NCBI GenBank assembly: GCA_040389905.1
Contig: JAZJZK010000012.1
Coordinates: 62,929 to 126,928, forward strand
Direction of reading: 5' to 3'
Source: Gemmatimonadota bacterium
GTDB taxonomy: Bacteria; Gemmatimonadota; Gemmatimonadetes; Gemmatimonadales; Gemmatimonadaceae
Length of the DNA: 64,000 bases
In this document: in pieces, positions 19,461 to 30,200 of the stretch
Position numbering within the stretch: position 1 is the first letter of the stretch
How the letters are laid out: each line of letters starts with the position of its first letter
Notes under the pieces: model-generated
The model's input: only the letters and a program-made list of their open reading frames with translations
Told to the model about the DNA's origin: nothing
Databases searched by the model: none
Position numbers and translations under genes: made by a program

Positions 19461-20744
19461 GTGCAGACCGCACTTCGGCTGGGGTACGAGGGCGCGGCGC
19501 GAATCGCCCGCGCCCTCAGTGCGTTCGCCCCTGCGAGCAGCAACAAGCTGTTGACGACCTTCGCCGCGCGGCGGGGCGTGCAGGAACGCTTCGCGGCGTT
19601 CCGTCGTGACCGCAGCCGGCCGCTGCTCTGGATGCATGCGCCGAGTGTCGGAGAAGGTCTTCAAGCACGTCCCGTCCTTCAACTGCTTCGCGAACGGCAG
19701 CCGCGCACTCAATTGGCGTACACGTATTTCTCCCCGAGTGCGCGTACCTTCGCCGCTGGCCTTGACGTCGATTTTGCCGATGTTCTTCCCTTCGATGTGG
19801 CCGCTGACATGCGGCGCGCGCTGGAGTCCCTCTCGCCCGCTGCGGTCGTCTTCAGCAAGCTCGACGTGTGGCCAACGCTTGCGCACGAAGCCTCCCGTCG
19901 CGGCACGGGCCTCGGTCTCATCAGCGCGACGCTCGCGCGCGACTCCTCGCGCCGCTCTGGCCTGGCGAGCGTCCTGCTGCGTGAGGCGTACGGGCGGCTC
20001 GATCGCGTCGGCGCCATCAGCGCGGAGGATGCCGACCGACTCGTGTCGCTCGGTGTGCCGTCGTCGCGCGTCAGCGTGACGGGCGACACACGATACGACC
20101 AGGTCTGGGCGAAGGCGCGAGCGATCGATCGCGAGTCATCGCTTCTTTCGCCGCTCGCCAGTGACCGGCCGACCCTCGTTGCCGGTTCCACCTGGCCTGC
20201 TGACGAAGTTGTCCTGACGGCGGCGTGGTTGGAGCTGGCAAAGCGTCGACCCGACGCACGGATGATCATCGCACCGCATGAGCCCACGCACGGGCATGTG
20301 GCGCCGCTCGAGGCGTGGGCGGGGAACAACGGGCTTCGTGCTGCGCGGCTCTCGCGTGGAAGCACTACCGACGCCGATGTCGTGATCGTCGATAGCGTCG
20401 GCGTCCTTGGCGATCTCTACGCGCTCGCGTCCGTCGCGTTTGTCGGCGGCGGATTCCACGCCGCGGGGCTGCACTCCGTGCTCGAACCTGCCTCGTTCGG
20501 CGTGCCCGTGATCTTTGGACCCCGGTACGCTGCGAGTCGCGACGCGCGCCTGTTGATCGACGACGATGGGGCGATCAGTGTGAACGACGTGGCATCGGCA
20601 CGGGCGGCGCTGGAAGGCTGGTTGCTCGATGCGAGTGCGAGAGCGGGGGCGGGAAACGCGGCGCGGCTGGTGGTGCACCGGGGCCTGGGAGCGGCGGAAC
20701 GATCGTACGAACTCGTGCGGGAATTGATGGCGGCGTCGCGGTGA
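19461..20744 (+). CDS. waaA: 3-deoxy-D-manno-octulosonic acid (Kdo) transferase
   Basis: WMHAPSVGE, TGDTRYD, AGSTW, IAPHE, D..GVLGDLY, FVGGGF, HSVLEPA. Confidence 0.9.
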   Translation: MQTALRLGYEGAARIARALSAFAPASSNKLLTTFAARRGVQERFAAFRRDRSRPLLWMHAPSVGEGLQARPVLQLLRERQPRTQLAYTYFSPSARTFAAGLDVDFADVLPFDVAADMRRALESLSPAAVVFSKLDVWPTLAHEASRRGTGLGLISATLARDSSRRSGLASVLLREAYGRLDRVGAISAEDADRLVSLGVPSSRVSVTGDTRYDQVWAKARAIDRESSLLSPLASDRPTLVAGSTWPADEVVLTAAWLELAKRRPDARMIIAPHEPTHGHVAPLEAWAGNNGLRAARLSRGSTTDADVVIVDSVGVLGDLYALASVAFVGGGFHAAGLHSVLEPASFGVPVIFGPRYAASRDARLLIDDDGAISVNDVASARAALEGWLLDASARAGAGNAARLVVHRGLGAAERSYELVRELMAASR

Positions 20745-20765
20745 CGGTGCGGCCGAGCGATGTTC

Positions 20766-20836
20766 GTGAGCGTGAGCTCGTGCTCAAGCTCCAGCTTCGA
20801 GCTCGTATCAGCTCAATGCTGGAGGCTCACGCTCAC
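20766..20836. repeat. Hexamer-based inverted repeat between convergent waaA and EAL genes
   Basis: GTGAGCGTGAGC (20766-20777) / GCTCACGCTCAC (20825-20836) flanking degenerate (A/G)GCTC units. Confidence 0.65.
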
Positions 20837-20838
20837 GC

Positions 20839-22476
20839 TCATGGTGCCGCGAGCTCACGATGAACAATCGGTGACGACGCCGACTGCGGGCGATGGAGGA
20901 AGAAACCCTGCACGAGGTGCACGCCGAGATCCTGGACCGCCTTGAATTCTTCCGCGCGCTCGACGCCTTCGGCGATCACCATCGCGCCGTGATCATTCGC
21001 GAATCGCACCATCGTCTGTACGAGGTTTTGCTTGATGAAGTTCGTGTCGATGGCGTTGATGAGCGAAATATCGAGCTTGATGAAGTCCGGCTCGAGGTTG
21101 GCAATCGATCCGAGCCCCGCGTAACCACTGCCCGCATCGTCGACGGCGAACCGGAAGCCGTGCTCGCGAAATGCCTTGAGGCGCTCGCGGAATTTGGGAT
21201 AGTCCTTGATGGCGGTACGCTCCGTGATCTCGATGACGACGCGCGATGGATCGGTGACGCCCTGCTCCGTGAATGCCGGATCGGCGAAGTCATGCGGATC
21301 GACGTTGAGGAAGAGGAGCTGCCCCTCCTCGAGCCGTTCCTCCATACCCTCGAGTGCGCGCTCTCGACAGAGGCGACTCAATTCCCAGATCAGGTCTGCT
21401 TCCGCGGCGACATCGAACATCACTTCGGGGCTTCGTAGCGTGCGAAGCGTTCCGCGCGCGAGTGCCTCGTAGCCGAAGATTTCACGTGTCGTCGCGACGA
21501 CGATGGGGTGGTAGTCGACATACACACCACGATCGCGAATTGCCGCTTTCAAGTCGTTGACGCGGCGCGCGCGCTCGCGTTGCTCGAGCGAACGTGATGC
21601 GTTCTGCGCCTCGCGAATACCGCGGTAGATGACGCGTTCGAGACGGATCTTCGGATTGTAATAGAGGTGCGCACGACCGACGTAGATGTCGAACAACGCC
21701 GCGATGTCCTCACCATGCGCCGTCTCGATCTGCCCGGCCACGTGGCGTTGCAGACGCGTGACCATCTCCGTGATCTCGCCGTCCGTCGCCGCCGCGACGC
21801 CGCTGGCGGGAACATGAAAGAAGATGAAATCATCGTCGTTGCTGAAGCTCACCATGACCCGCGACGCACGCAGGTCGTCGTCATCGAGAAAATCGCGCAC
21901 GGCGCTGGCGGTGGTTTCCAGCACGGCGTCGAGCTTTTCCCACCCATAGATCTCCTCGATCTTCGAGTAGCGAACGAAATTCAGGTACAGAACGACGAGC
22001 TCCCCGCGCTCCTTGAACAACTGTCGCGACCGCTCGATTGCCACAGGCAGCGTCGGTAGCCCCGTCAGCGAATCGCGCAGCATCTGCTCGTACTCGGCCT
22101 TGTCCGCCTTGTCGCCGACCGCGACCACCGTCGCCGGTGCACGTGCCACCGCAGACCAGGTGCGAGCCGCAATCTCGACGGCAGTCGCGGGCAACAGAAA
22201 CCACTCCTCCGCACGCAGTTCCACGGCGCGCCGGCGGGCGGTCTCATCGCCACAGCCGACGATGACAGGAATCCCTCGCGCGTGCGCGGCCTCCACGCCG
22301 GCGCGCAGCAACGTGGGATCATCCGTCGTGAGGAGCAGCGCGCGAACGTGCGGCTCGCTGATGGACGCCACGATGTCGGCCGGCGCGTGACACGCAACGC
22401 GCCAACCATCGAGGAGCGCAGCCGCTTCACCGATGATCGGGTCTTCGGAATCCGATACGAGAATGGACTCGCTCAC
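20839..22476 (-). CDS. c-di-GMP phosphodiesterase: degenerate REC + degenerate GGDEF + EAL domain
   Basis: DSLTGLP and SNDDDFI at the GGDEF position; YEALARG, LFLNV, EITE, DDAGSGY, IKLD, IAEGVE, QGF. Confidence 0.88.
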   Translation of the reverse strand: MSESILVSDSEDPIIGEAAALLDGWRVACHAPADIVASISEPHVRALLLTTDDPTLLRAGVEAAHARGIPVIVGCGDETARRRAVELRAEEWFLLPATAVEIAARTWSAVARAPATVVAVGDKADKAEYEQMLRDSLTGLPTLPVAIERSRQLFKERGELVVLYLNFVRYSKIEEIYGWEKLDAVLETTASAVRDFLDDDDLRASRVMVSFSNDDDFIFFHVPASGVAAATDGEITEMVTRLQRHVAGQIETAHGEDIAALFDIYVGRAHLYYNPKIRLERVIYRGIREAQNASRSLEQRERARRVNDLKAAIRDRGVYVDYHPIVVATTREIFGYEALARGTLRTLRSPEVMFDVAAEADLIWELSRLCRERALEGMEERLEEGQLLFLNVDPHDFADPAFTEQGVTDPSRVVIEITERTAIKDYPKFRERLKAFREHGFRFAVDDAGSGYAGLGSIANLEPDFIKLDISLINAIDTNFIKQNLVQTMVRFANDHGAMVIAEGVERAEEFKAVQDLGVHLVQGFFLHRPQSASSPIVHRELAAP

Positions 22477-22512
22477 GTGCCGCGCTCGTGAGGCGCCAGG
22501 CGCGCGGAGAAA

Positions 22513-22917
22513 TTATGATGCGAGACGCAGTTGCTCGAGATTGCGCTGCACGGTCTTGGCCAGCGTCGGCAGGTCAAATGGCTTCTCCACGTAGTCGTCC
22601 GCGCCAAGCTGCAGCGCTTCACGTTTATCGTCCCATGCGTCGAGCGCAGTGACCATGATCACGCGCACTGTCCGTCCGAGCACGGGATGCTGCTTCATCA
22701 AACGGCATACTTCCCATCCATCGCGGCCCGGCATCATGACGTCGAGGAGCACGAGCGCGGGACGAACCGTCTCGAACAGTGCAAGCGCCTCATCGCCGTC
22801 GTGCGCCACCGAAATCGGGTAGCCACGAATCTCCAGGTACTGCCGGATGATTTCCGCGTTGTCGTGATTGTCGTCCACCACCAGAATCGGTGGTAGCGCC
22901 GCCTGTTGAGTTTGCAC
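22513..22917 (-). CDS. Single-domain response regulator (REC)
   Basis: ILVVDD, LLDVMMP, MVTA, GADDYVEKPF; GTG start with GGGGAG SD. Confidence 0.93.
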   Translation of the reverse strand: MQTQQAALPPILVVDDNHDNAEIIRQYLEIRGYPISVAHDGDEALALFETVRPALVLLDVMMPGRDGWEVCRLMKQHPVLGRTVRVIMVTALDAWDDKREALQLGADDYVEKPFDLPTLAKTVQRNLEQLRLAS

Positions 22918-23047
22918 CGATGGCTCCCCGCGTCACCGTCGTGGCGCTCCATTTGGAATGCCACAGGAAAACAGGGCAAGTCGGGGGCCAAATAGGCTCG
23001 AATGCCCGAACGCTTGCAACCTCGGCGCACGGCGGCCTTTTTTCAAC

Positions 23048-24880
23048 GTGCGGAAAATACTGTTCTTTTGTGTCATGCTGCTGGTGCCGATCGTCGCGCT
23101 GGCAGCGCTCGAAGGCATCCTGCGGTTGAGTTGGCCAGGCGGGGCACTTCCCGTATTCGAGCCCGTTGGCATCGCGGGCGCACAGTACATCGTGGCGAGC
23201 CCGCGCGTGGCGCGGAGGTACTTCGCCAACGAGGCCATGCCCCCTGCGCCGCCCGTGGACATGTTCGCGGCGTCCAAGCCGGCCAATGGCTTCCGCGTCT
23301 TCGTGCTCGGGGAGTCCACCGCCGCGGGCTTCCCGTATCCGCCCAACGGAACCTTCTCGCGCGTTCTGCGCGACGCGTTGCACGACGCCCTGCCCAGTGA
23401 CTCAGTGGAGGTCGTCAACCTCGGTATCGCGGCCACGAACAGTTTCACGTTGGTGGACCTCGCGGCGGATGTCATCGCGCAGAAACCGGACGCGATTGTG
23501 ATCTATGCAGGGCACAACGAGTACTACGGGGCCCTGGGCATCGGATCTACCATCAGCGTCGGGTCATCGCCTCGGCTCGTGCGCGCGTATCTCGCGCTCG
23601 AGCGCTTTCGCACCGTGATGGTGCTTCGGAATGCCATCGGCGGCGTCACGGCGCTCGTGCATCGCAAGGCAGTGGTGGATTCCACTGCCGCGACCTTCAT
23701 GGAGTCCGTCGCACGCAACCAGCAGATTGAAGTCGGTTCGCGGGCATACAATGCCGGCCTCGCGCAATTCGGCGACAACCTCTCGCGACTGCTCCGTCAG
23801 TTCGGCGACGCGCGCGTCCCCGTGTTCATCGGGAGTATTGCATCGAACGAGCGATCACAACAACCGTTCGTTTCCACTGCCAATGCCCCCGCGCGCGCGA
23901 CATTCGACTCCGCCCAACGTGCCATCGCCGGCGGAGACACAGTGGCCGCGCGGCGTCTCTTCGCACAGGCGCGCGACCTTGACGTCATTCGCTTCCGCGC
24001 GCCGGCAGCGTTGGATGACACCATCCGCGCCGTGGCGTCGCGTTCCGGCGCCCACTACGTACCGGTCGCTGAGGCGATTCGCGCTGCGTCCCCTGCCGGT
24101 GTACCGGGAGCCGAGCTGTTTCTCGAGCATGTGCATCCCAACCGGCATGGATACGCGCTCATCGCACAGTCGTTTTTCCAATCAATTGCCGAGGCCCGCT
24201 TCCTTGGTCGTGCCGCGCAGCCGGCTCGGGTTGCCCCGTGGGTCGAATACGAGCGCCGGATGGCGCTGTCGCCGTTCGACGAGCGAATCGTCCATCACAC
24301 GGTGCAGACGGTCGTCACGCGCTGGCCATTCGTTTCGCGGAATCGGGCGCTCGATTATCGCGGTACCTATCAACCGGTCGATTTCCCGGACAGCCTGGCA
24401 CTTCTCGTGTCGCGCGGGGGAATCGGGTGGGCCGACGCGAAGCTCCGGCTTGGCGCATATGAGGAGTCCCGGAATCAGCCGGAGTTGGCACTGGGCGAGT
24501 ATGTCGGACTGTTGCGCGACAGACCCCTTGCCGAGCCCGCCTACCGGTTGGTGGGACGGACGCTTTTCGCGATGGGGAAGAGCGCCGATGCGCTTCCCTA
24601 TCTCGAGCGCTCGCTCGCGTTGGCGCCCAATTGGGAGTCGAACTACCTGCTCGGCGTGATCGCACTCGGTCAGAAAGACTATCCGAAGGCGATCGCGTTG
24701 CTCGACCGGGCAGTCACGATGCAACCCGAAGCGGTGGCTCCGGTGTATCAACTCTCGCTGGCTTTCGGGCTTTCGAAAAATCTTGCGGCGGCGCGTGCCG
24801 CCGCCGCTCGCGCCGCTCGGCTCGATCCTCGCTATCCGGGACTCGCTCAGTGGATGCAGGCCTTGGGCGCACAGCGCTGA
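23048..24880 (+). CDS. Membrane-anchored SGNH/GDSL hydrolase-fold protein with C-terminal TPRs
   Basis: N-terminal TM then LEGILRL; VLGESTAAG (block I), VVNLG, YAGHNEYYG, FLEHVHPN; TPR-like helices; start taken at GTG 23048. Confidence 0.82.
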   Translation: MRKILFFCVMLLVPIVALAALEGILRLSWPGGALPVFEPVGIAGAQYIVASPRVARRYFANEAMPPAPPVDMFAASKPANGFRVFVLGESTAAGFPYPPNGTFSRVLRDALHDALPSDSVEVVNLGIAATNSFTLVDLAADVIAQKPDAIVIYAGHNEYYGALGIGSTISVGSSPRLVRAYLALERFRTVMVLRNAIGGVTALVHRKAVVDSTAATFMESVARNQQIEVGSRAYNAGLAQFGDNLSRLLRQFGDARVPVFIGSIASNERSQQPFVSTANAPARATFDSAQRAIAGGDTVAARRLFAQARDLDVIRFRAPAALDDTIRAVASRSGAHYVPVAEAIRAASPAGVPGAELFLEHVHPNRHGYALIAQSFFQSIAEARFLGRAAQPARVAPWVEYERRMALSPFDERIVHHTVQTVVTRWPFVSRNRALDYRGTYQPVDFPDSLALLVSRGGIGWADAKLRLGAYEESRNQPELALGEYVGLLRDRPLAEPAYRLVGRTLFAMGKSADALPYLERSLALAPNWESNYLLGVIALGQKDYPKAIALLDRAVTMQPEAVAPVYQLSLAFGLSKNLAAARAAAARAARLDPRYPGLAQWMQALGAQR

Positions 24881-24971
24881 TGAGCGCGCTTCAAGCGTCA
24901 GAAGTTGTGACGACCCTGCAGGACGTGCAGGTCCTCGCTTGGTTCAGGTTGACCCCGAACATTCCCTTTCA

Positions 24972-25493
24972 ATGAGTCCTCATATGCGTGTCACTGCCCT
25001 CCTTGTCACCGGCGCGATGTCTCTTGCTGCCGGTTGTGCGGCGTCGAATGCATCACCGAAAGTTATCAATGATGACCCCGCTTCGATGCGATGGACCGGC
25101 AGCCTTCAGCCGACGCAGCAGCGAACTGGCGCAGTTGCCGTGACCAGCCAGAACCGCGCCTTCGGAACCATCACAATCCAGATGCCTCAGGGAACCGGCA
25201 TGTCTCAGCGCATGCACGTGAGCCTCACGGCGTCGATTTCCGGCGTCGCGTCCCAGCAGCTACGCTGGGCGATTCTGCCTGACCGGTGCGGATCTGGAGA
25301 TCTTCCCGTCCTCGGCTTCGAGCAGTTTCCACTTCTCGAAATCGGCAACAACGGGCGCGGTGAGGTGTCAGCGGATCTTCCCCTCCAGCTCACGGCGAAC
25401 AACAGCTACCACGTCAATGTCTACGACGGGCGCGGCCAGCAATTGGACAACGTGCTCACCTGCGGGAACCTGAAGTTCGAGAGCGCTCGCTAA
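24972..25493 (+). CDS. Lipoprotein of Cu/Zn-SOD-like/CHRD-like beta-sandwich type, lacking most His ligands
   Basis: Lipobox LAAGC; WAILPDRCGSG...YHVNVY...LTCGNLK pattern; start ATG 24972 or 24984. Confidence 0.55.
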   Translation: MSPHMRVTALLVTGAMSLAAGCAASNASPKVINDDPASMRWTGSLQPTQQRTGAVAVTSQNRAFGTITIQMPQGTGMSQRMHVSLTASISGVASQQLRWAILPDRCGSGDLPVLGFEQFPLLEIGNNGRGEVSADLPLQLTANNSYHVNVYDGRGQQLDNVLTCGNLKFESAR

Positions 25494-25515
25494 GGAAGAA
25501 AACGACGGCAAAACA

Positions 25516-25549
25516 AAACGGGGCGCGCCATCGCTGGCGCGCCCCGTTT
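25516..25549 (-). terminator. Intrinsic terminator of the susC1-susD1 operon (probably bidirectional)
   Basis: Perfect 15-bp stem AAACGGGGCGCGCCA / TGGCGCGCCCCGTTT with 4-nt loop; U-rich tail on the minus strand. Confidence 0.85.
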
Positions 25550-25567
25550 GCACTTCTTGAGCGTATC

Positions 25568-27196
25568 CTACTGCCGGAACATCAACGAGCGACCAACCTT
25601 GCCCGTCTTTGCCGGGTAGTGCAGGGTCAGTACCTGACCGGAGGGCGTCTCGATCTTCTTCGTGAACGAACCATCGAAAATGCGGCTTGCCATAGTCGAA
25701 GGGCCGCCGATCACGCCGATTGACTGCTCCTTGCCGACGCCTCCAAAGGTGTAAATCGGCAGACCGTCCGTCTCGAGCTCCTTCGCAGGAACCGGAAGGT
25801 GACGCGCCGTACCCGCTTGCAACCCGTCGACGTGACGACGGATGAAGAGCGTATAGGCGTTGGTATTCAGGAGCTCGACGTCGCGCTCGTAGTCAATCAT
25901 CGCGAGCAACCCGGGTGCCCCAGTCGCCGCCGTGGCAGGCGCGAGGTGACCACGGGTGACGCGCGTGTTGTTGATGAGCGTTGCCGCGAGGGCGAGGTCA
26001 CCATTCGTGCGGGCGAGCGCCTCGGCGCGCACGAGATCGCTCTCGGCGGCCAGGAGGTACGGCACCGGCGTATCTTCTTCGGTCGGTGACTCCAGCGAGT
26101 GTTCGAAGTACCGCTTGTGGTAGTACGGGCTGAGCATGTAGATGCCGCGGCCTGGGTCACCCGGGATTGGCGTCAGATAGTCATAATCGGACGTGAAGCG
26201 GGCATCAGCCGACGAGCCCTTCGGGGGCGGCGCCGTCGTGGTCATCTTCGTGGGCGAGCTCGGATCCATGCGGTTGATCAGGCGGAGATCGACGCGGCAC
26301 CAGCTCGGTGCATCGCCGATGTCAACCATGTTCGAGTACCACGTGTTGAAGTCACCGATGACGACCATGTCGAACGGCGCCCCGGCGTTGCCCTGACCGA
26401 TGCCGTTCGCCGCAAACGACGCGACCTTGGCCCAGTCCACCGCCGCCGCTTCGGCCGCATTGCGCGGCGTGTAGGCAAGCGTCAGTGCCGCCATCGTGTT
26501 TGCCAAACGCGAAACCCGCGACGAGTTGAGCGGACCCACGAGCAGTGGCAGAACCGACGGATCGTACGTGTCGGACTTGCCGGATTCATCAGCCGCAAGC
26601 GCGGCCCACTTCGCCACGGCATCGGCCGAGACGTCCTTGTACGGCGACAGGGCTGGAATCGTGCCTGCCTTGAGTGTGACTTCATCGACGATGAACGCCT
26701 TGTCGAACGTCATCGCCAGGTTCGACATCACCCACGCCTGCGTGAACTTCGCGAGGCGGCGGAACTTGGCCGTTTCGGCGGCGCCTTCGTTGAGCACGAC
26801 GCCGTTGTCGAATGCGCGAATGGCATCGTTCGCGGCGCCGAGCGCGGCGTAGTAGTGATTCCACGGAGATTCCGTGACGCCACGGTCACCACCAGCCGAG
26901 TTGTTCGCATACGCGATGCGCGGCTCGAGGTTGTTGAAACGCATGCCGAAGTTACCGAAGTTCGCCGTGAGGGCGTCCGAGGTGACCTGGAGGAATGCGG
27001 TGGGCTCGTAGTCGGTTGAGGCAAGATACCACGAGTTGACGGACGAGATCGCGAGGCTCTTCACGTCTTCAGGCGACGCCAGTGCTCGCGCTACGTCAGG
27101 TGCGTTCGGGTTGGTCACGTCCAGGCTCGGCTGGCATCCTGCAAGCAGGATGGAAGCCGAACCGATGACGGCCCCGAGCTTTTTGATGCTTTTCAT
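25568..27196 (-). CDS. SusD/RagB-like outer-membrane lipoprotein (pair 1)
   Basis: Lipobox LLAGC, LDVTNPNAPD, AESDLVRAEALAR, YERDVEL; directly downstream of SusC. Confidence 0.85.
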   Translation of the reverse strand: MKSIKKLGAVIGSASILLAGCQPSLDVTNPNAPDVARALASPEDVKSLAISSVNSWYLASTDYEPTAFLQVTSDALTANFGNFGMRFNNLEPRIAYANNSAGGDRGVTESPWNHYYAALGAANDAIRAFDNGVVLNEGAAETAKFRRLAKFTQAWVMSNLAMTFDKAFIVDEVTLKAGTIPALSPYKDVSADAVAKWAALAADESGKSDTYDPSVLPLLVGPLNSSRVSRLANTMAALTLAYTPRNAAEAAAVDWAKVASFAANGIGQGNAGAPFDMVVIGDFNTWYSNMVDIGDAPSWCRVDLRLINRMDPSSPTKMTTTAPPPKGSSADARFTSDYDYLTPIPGDPGRGIYMLSPYYHKRYFEHSLESPTEEDTPVPYLLAAESDLVRAEALARTNGDLALAATLINNTRVTRGHLAPATAATGAPGLLAMIDYERDVELLNTNAYTLFIRRHVDGLQAGTARHLPVPAKELETDGLPIYTFGGVGKEQSIGVIGGPSTMASRIFDGSFTKKIETPSGQVLTLHYPAKTGKVGRSLMFRQ

Positions 27197-27221
27197 GTAT
27201 GAATGCTCCGGAGTCGTTGGA

Positions 27222-30200
27222 TTAGAAGCCGATCGAAACTTGACCGGTGATCGTGCGGAACTGCGGGTAACGGAAGCCGTCGATGCGCGTATTGAAGTCG
27301 CCGCCCGCCGTGACTTCTGGATCGAAGCCCGTATAGTTCGTCCACGTGTGCAGGTTGCGGCCGATCAACGCGAGCTTGACGTTGCTGGCGTACTTGCCAA
27401 GACCGACACGATCGAGCTGACGCACGCCGAGGTCATAGCTGACCGACAGTTCGCGCAGCTTCACGTAGGTTCCGTTCTCGATGAAGTGATCGCTGGCAAC
27501 GAGACCATTGTAGAGCGCACCAGAGTAGAACTCCTGGTTGATCTTCTGGTCCTGCGGCTTGTTGCTTTGATCTTCGTCCGCGTGACGCAGATCCTGGAAC
27601 ATCCACTGCTTGGTGAAGTTGTAGATGTCGCCGCCCTTCTGGCCGTCGAACAGTGCATAGACGCCGAAGCCGTGAATCTTGAAGTTGTTCGAGAAGCCGA
27701 ACGAGAAGTCAGGGTTCACATCGCCGATCTTGAACTGCGTCTGCCCCGTCGCATCGGTGTAGGCAATCGGCTTCTCCGTGGGGAGACCGCGCGTCGCCTT
27801 CGTCACCAGGAACCCGATCGGGTTCACGACGTAATCGGACTCGACGGCCGACGCGAACGCCGGATTCTCCTTCAACTGCGCGAAGCTGCGGACCCACTTT
27901 GCACCGTACATGATGCCGAGGTTCTCGCCTTCCTTGTAGTAGAACACGTCCTGGCCCTGACCGAGGCCGCCGACGCGGAAGGGCGCCACGCCGAGCTTGT
28001 CGATGCGCTGCGTGGTGTGGTCGCCGGTGATGCCGAACGAGTAGCTGAAGTTCGGGCGATCGACGACGCGCGTCTGGAGCGAGAGCTCCGTCGTCTTTGC
28101 GGACACCGTCGCGATGTTCTGAACCTGCGACAGAAACCCTCCGGACTGCGCCAGCGACAGCGGCACCGTGAGGAACGCATCCGTCGTCTTGCGGTTGGCC
28201 TGGACGACTTCGAGGTCGAAGTGGTCCATGAAGCCGACATTGACACCATACTCGTCTTCTGTCTGCACCGCCGGCTTGAGCGCCTTGTTCCCGAGCTGCG
28301 CCTTCGTGGCAACGCCTGCACCGAGACTGTACGTCTCGTACTGGTCATTGAAATTCGGACGGAGACCGGCAGTGCCTCGCGCCGCGCGGAGCTTCAACTC
28401 CTGGACGCCAGGGAGCTTGAAGTCTTCGCTGATGCGATACGCGCCAGCGACACGGTAGAAGTTCTGCCACCGCGATTCGGGTCCGAACAGCGACGACCCG
28501 TCGCGACGGATCTGCGCATCGATGATGTAGCGATCCTTGATCGTAAAGTTCTGCGACGCCTGGTAGTCGATCGTGTGCGCGGCCTCATAGCCGGACGACG
28601 TCGCGAGCCGCGTCGGATCGAGCGCCTGGAGATCCTGCACGCCGGTGACGTTCAGCTTGTTGCCCTGCGTGGCGTCATTGTTCGCGTCCGTCGTCTCGAG
28701 GAGATACGCCAGACGGGTCGTCGACAGGACGTCACCGAACAGCAGCTTCGTCGCCGTCGAGTTGATCTGCGTGTTTTCCGCGACGTTGTTCGACGAATTG
28801 ATGTTGTAGAAACCGTTCGTCGGCAGGCCCTGCGACGAGAGGTACCCACGGAACTGGAACGTCGTGTTGCGCGTGTTCAGACGATCCGTGCCGTAGCTGC
28901 CTTCCACGCGCAGCCAGTTGGTCGGGCGATAGCGCGCGGAGAACGAGCCGAGGAGACGCTCGCGACGGAAGGTGTAGTCCGTGTTCGCGTATTCATACAG
29001 GGGGTTTCCACGCGCACTCGGCGATGATGCGACCGGTAGCAGCGGGAAGTACGATGTCGTGTCCGTCGTGCTCGGGTGCAGCAGGTCCACGTCTGGTGGG
29101 GCCTGAAGCAGTGCGAAGAAGCCGTTCGAGCTGTTCGGATTGTAGTCGTTCTTGCCGATGCCGTACGTGATGCTGGCGGAGAAGTCCGCCTTGTCCGTGA
29201 TCCCCTGATCGACGTTCAGGCGGAGGTTCTGCCGGAACTGGCCGTTCGTCAGGGGAAGGATGCCCTGATTGTGGTCGTTGGTGAACGACGAGTTGAAATT
29301 CGTGTTGCCACGACGGAGGCCCATCTGGACGTTCGCGCTATAGAAGGCACCATCCTGGAGCCACGTCTGGAGCTGATCGCGGTACGCACTCGGGCCGGTG
29401 CTCGGATACTTGTTGTCGGCGAAGTGGTCCGCCTTGACGGTGCGCGTCCCGTTGGCGGCCGTCGCGATCGTGCCGTCAGCGTTGGTCACATAATCATGCG
29501 CCGTGTTCAGTGGAACGAAGTGACTGATGCCGGACTGCCCATACTCGCTGCGGACGGCAAAGTTGAGCTTGTTGTCCGTGAGGTCACCGCCACGCTTCGT
29601 GGTAATGTTCACGACGCCGTTGGCTGCATCCGAGCCGTAGAACGAGGCTGCGGCGGCACCTTTCAGGACTTCGATGCTGGCAATGTCGTTCGCATCGATG
29701 TCGGCGATGTTGTACTTGGTGATGACGCCGTCCACAATGATCAGCGGCGTGCTGGCACCGACCGTGAGGCTGGTCGAGCCACGCAGACGAATGACCGGCG
29801 CGGCACCCGGGTTACCGGTACCGAGCGCGACCTTGACGCCGGAGACCTTGCCGGCCAGCGCCGCGACCGGCGACGCGGCCGGAACTTCCTTCAGCTGCTC
29901 CTCGGAAACCTTGCCGACCGAGAAGGGGATGTTCGCCGCCGATGTCGCGTTGGCGACGCCGGTGACGACCACTTCGTCCAGGCGGAACGGATCTGCCTTG
30001 AGACTGAAGTCCTGGGTCTGCGAACCTGACGAGACGGTGATGGCGCGGTTCTGCCGGACGTAGCCGATGTACCGGGCGGACAGCGTCACCGACCCGGTGG
30101 CACGACCTGCGGGGATGACCAGCGAGTAGGAGCCAGTTGGCGACGACTGCGTCGCGATGTTGAGCGACTGGATGAATACGTTGGCACCCGCGAGCGGTGC

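Noticed and set aside
27036..30029. Long plus-strand ORFs (663 and 317 aa) opposite susC1
   Set aside because: Antisense shadows of a strongly biased gene
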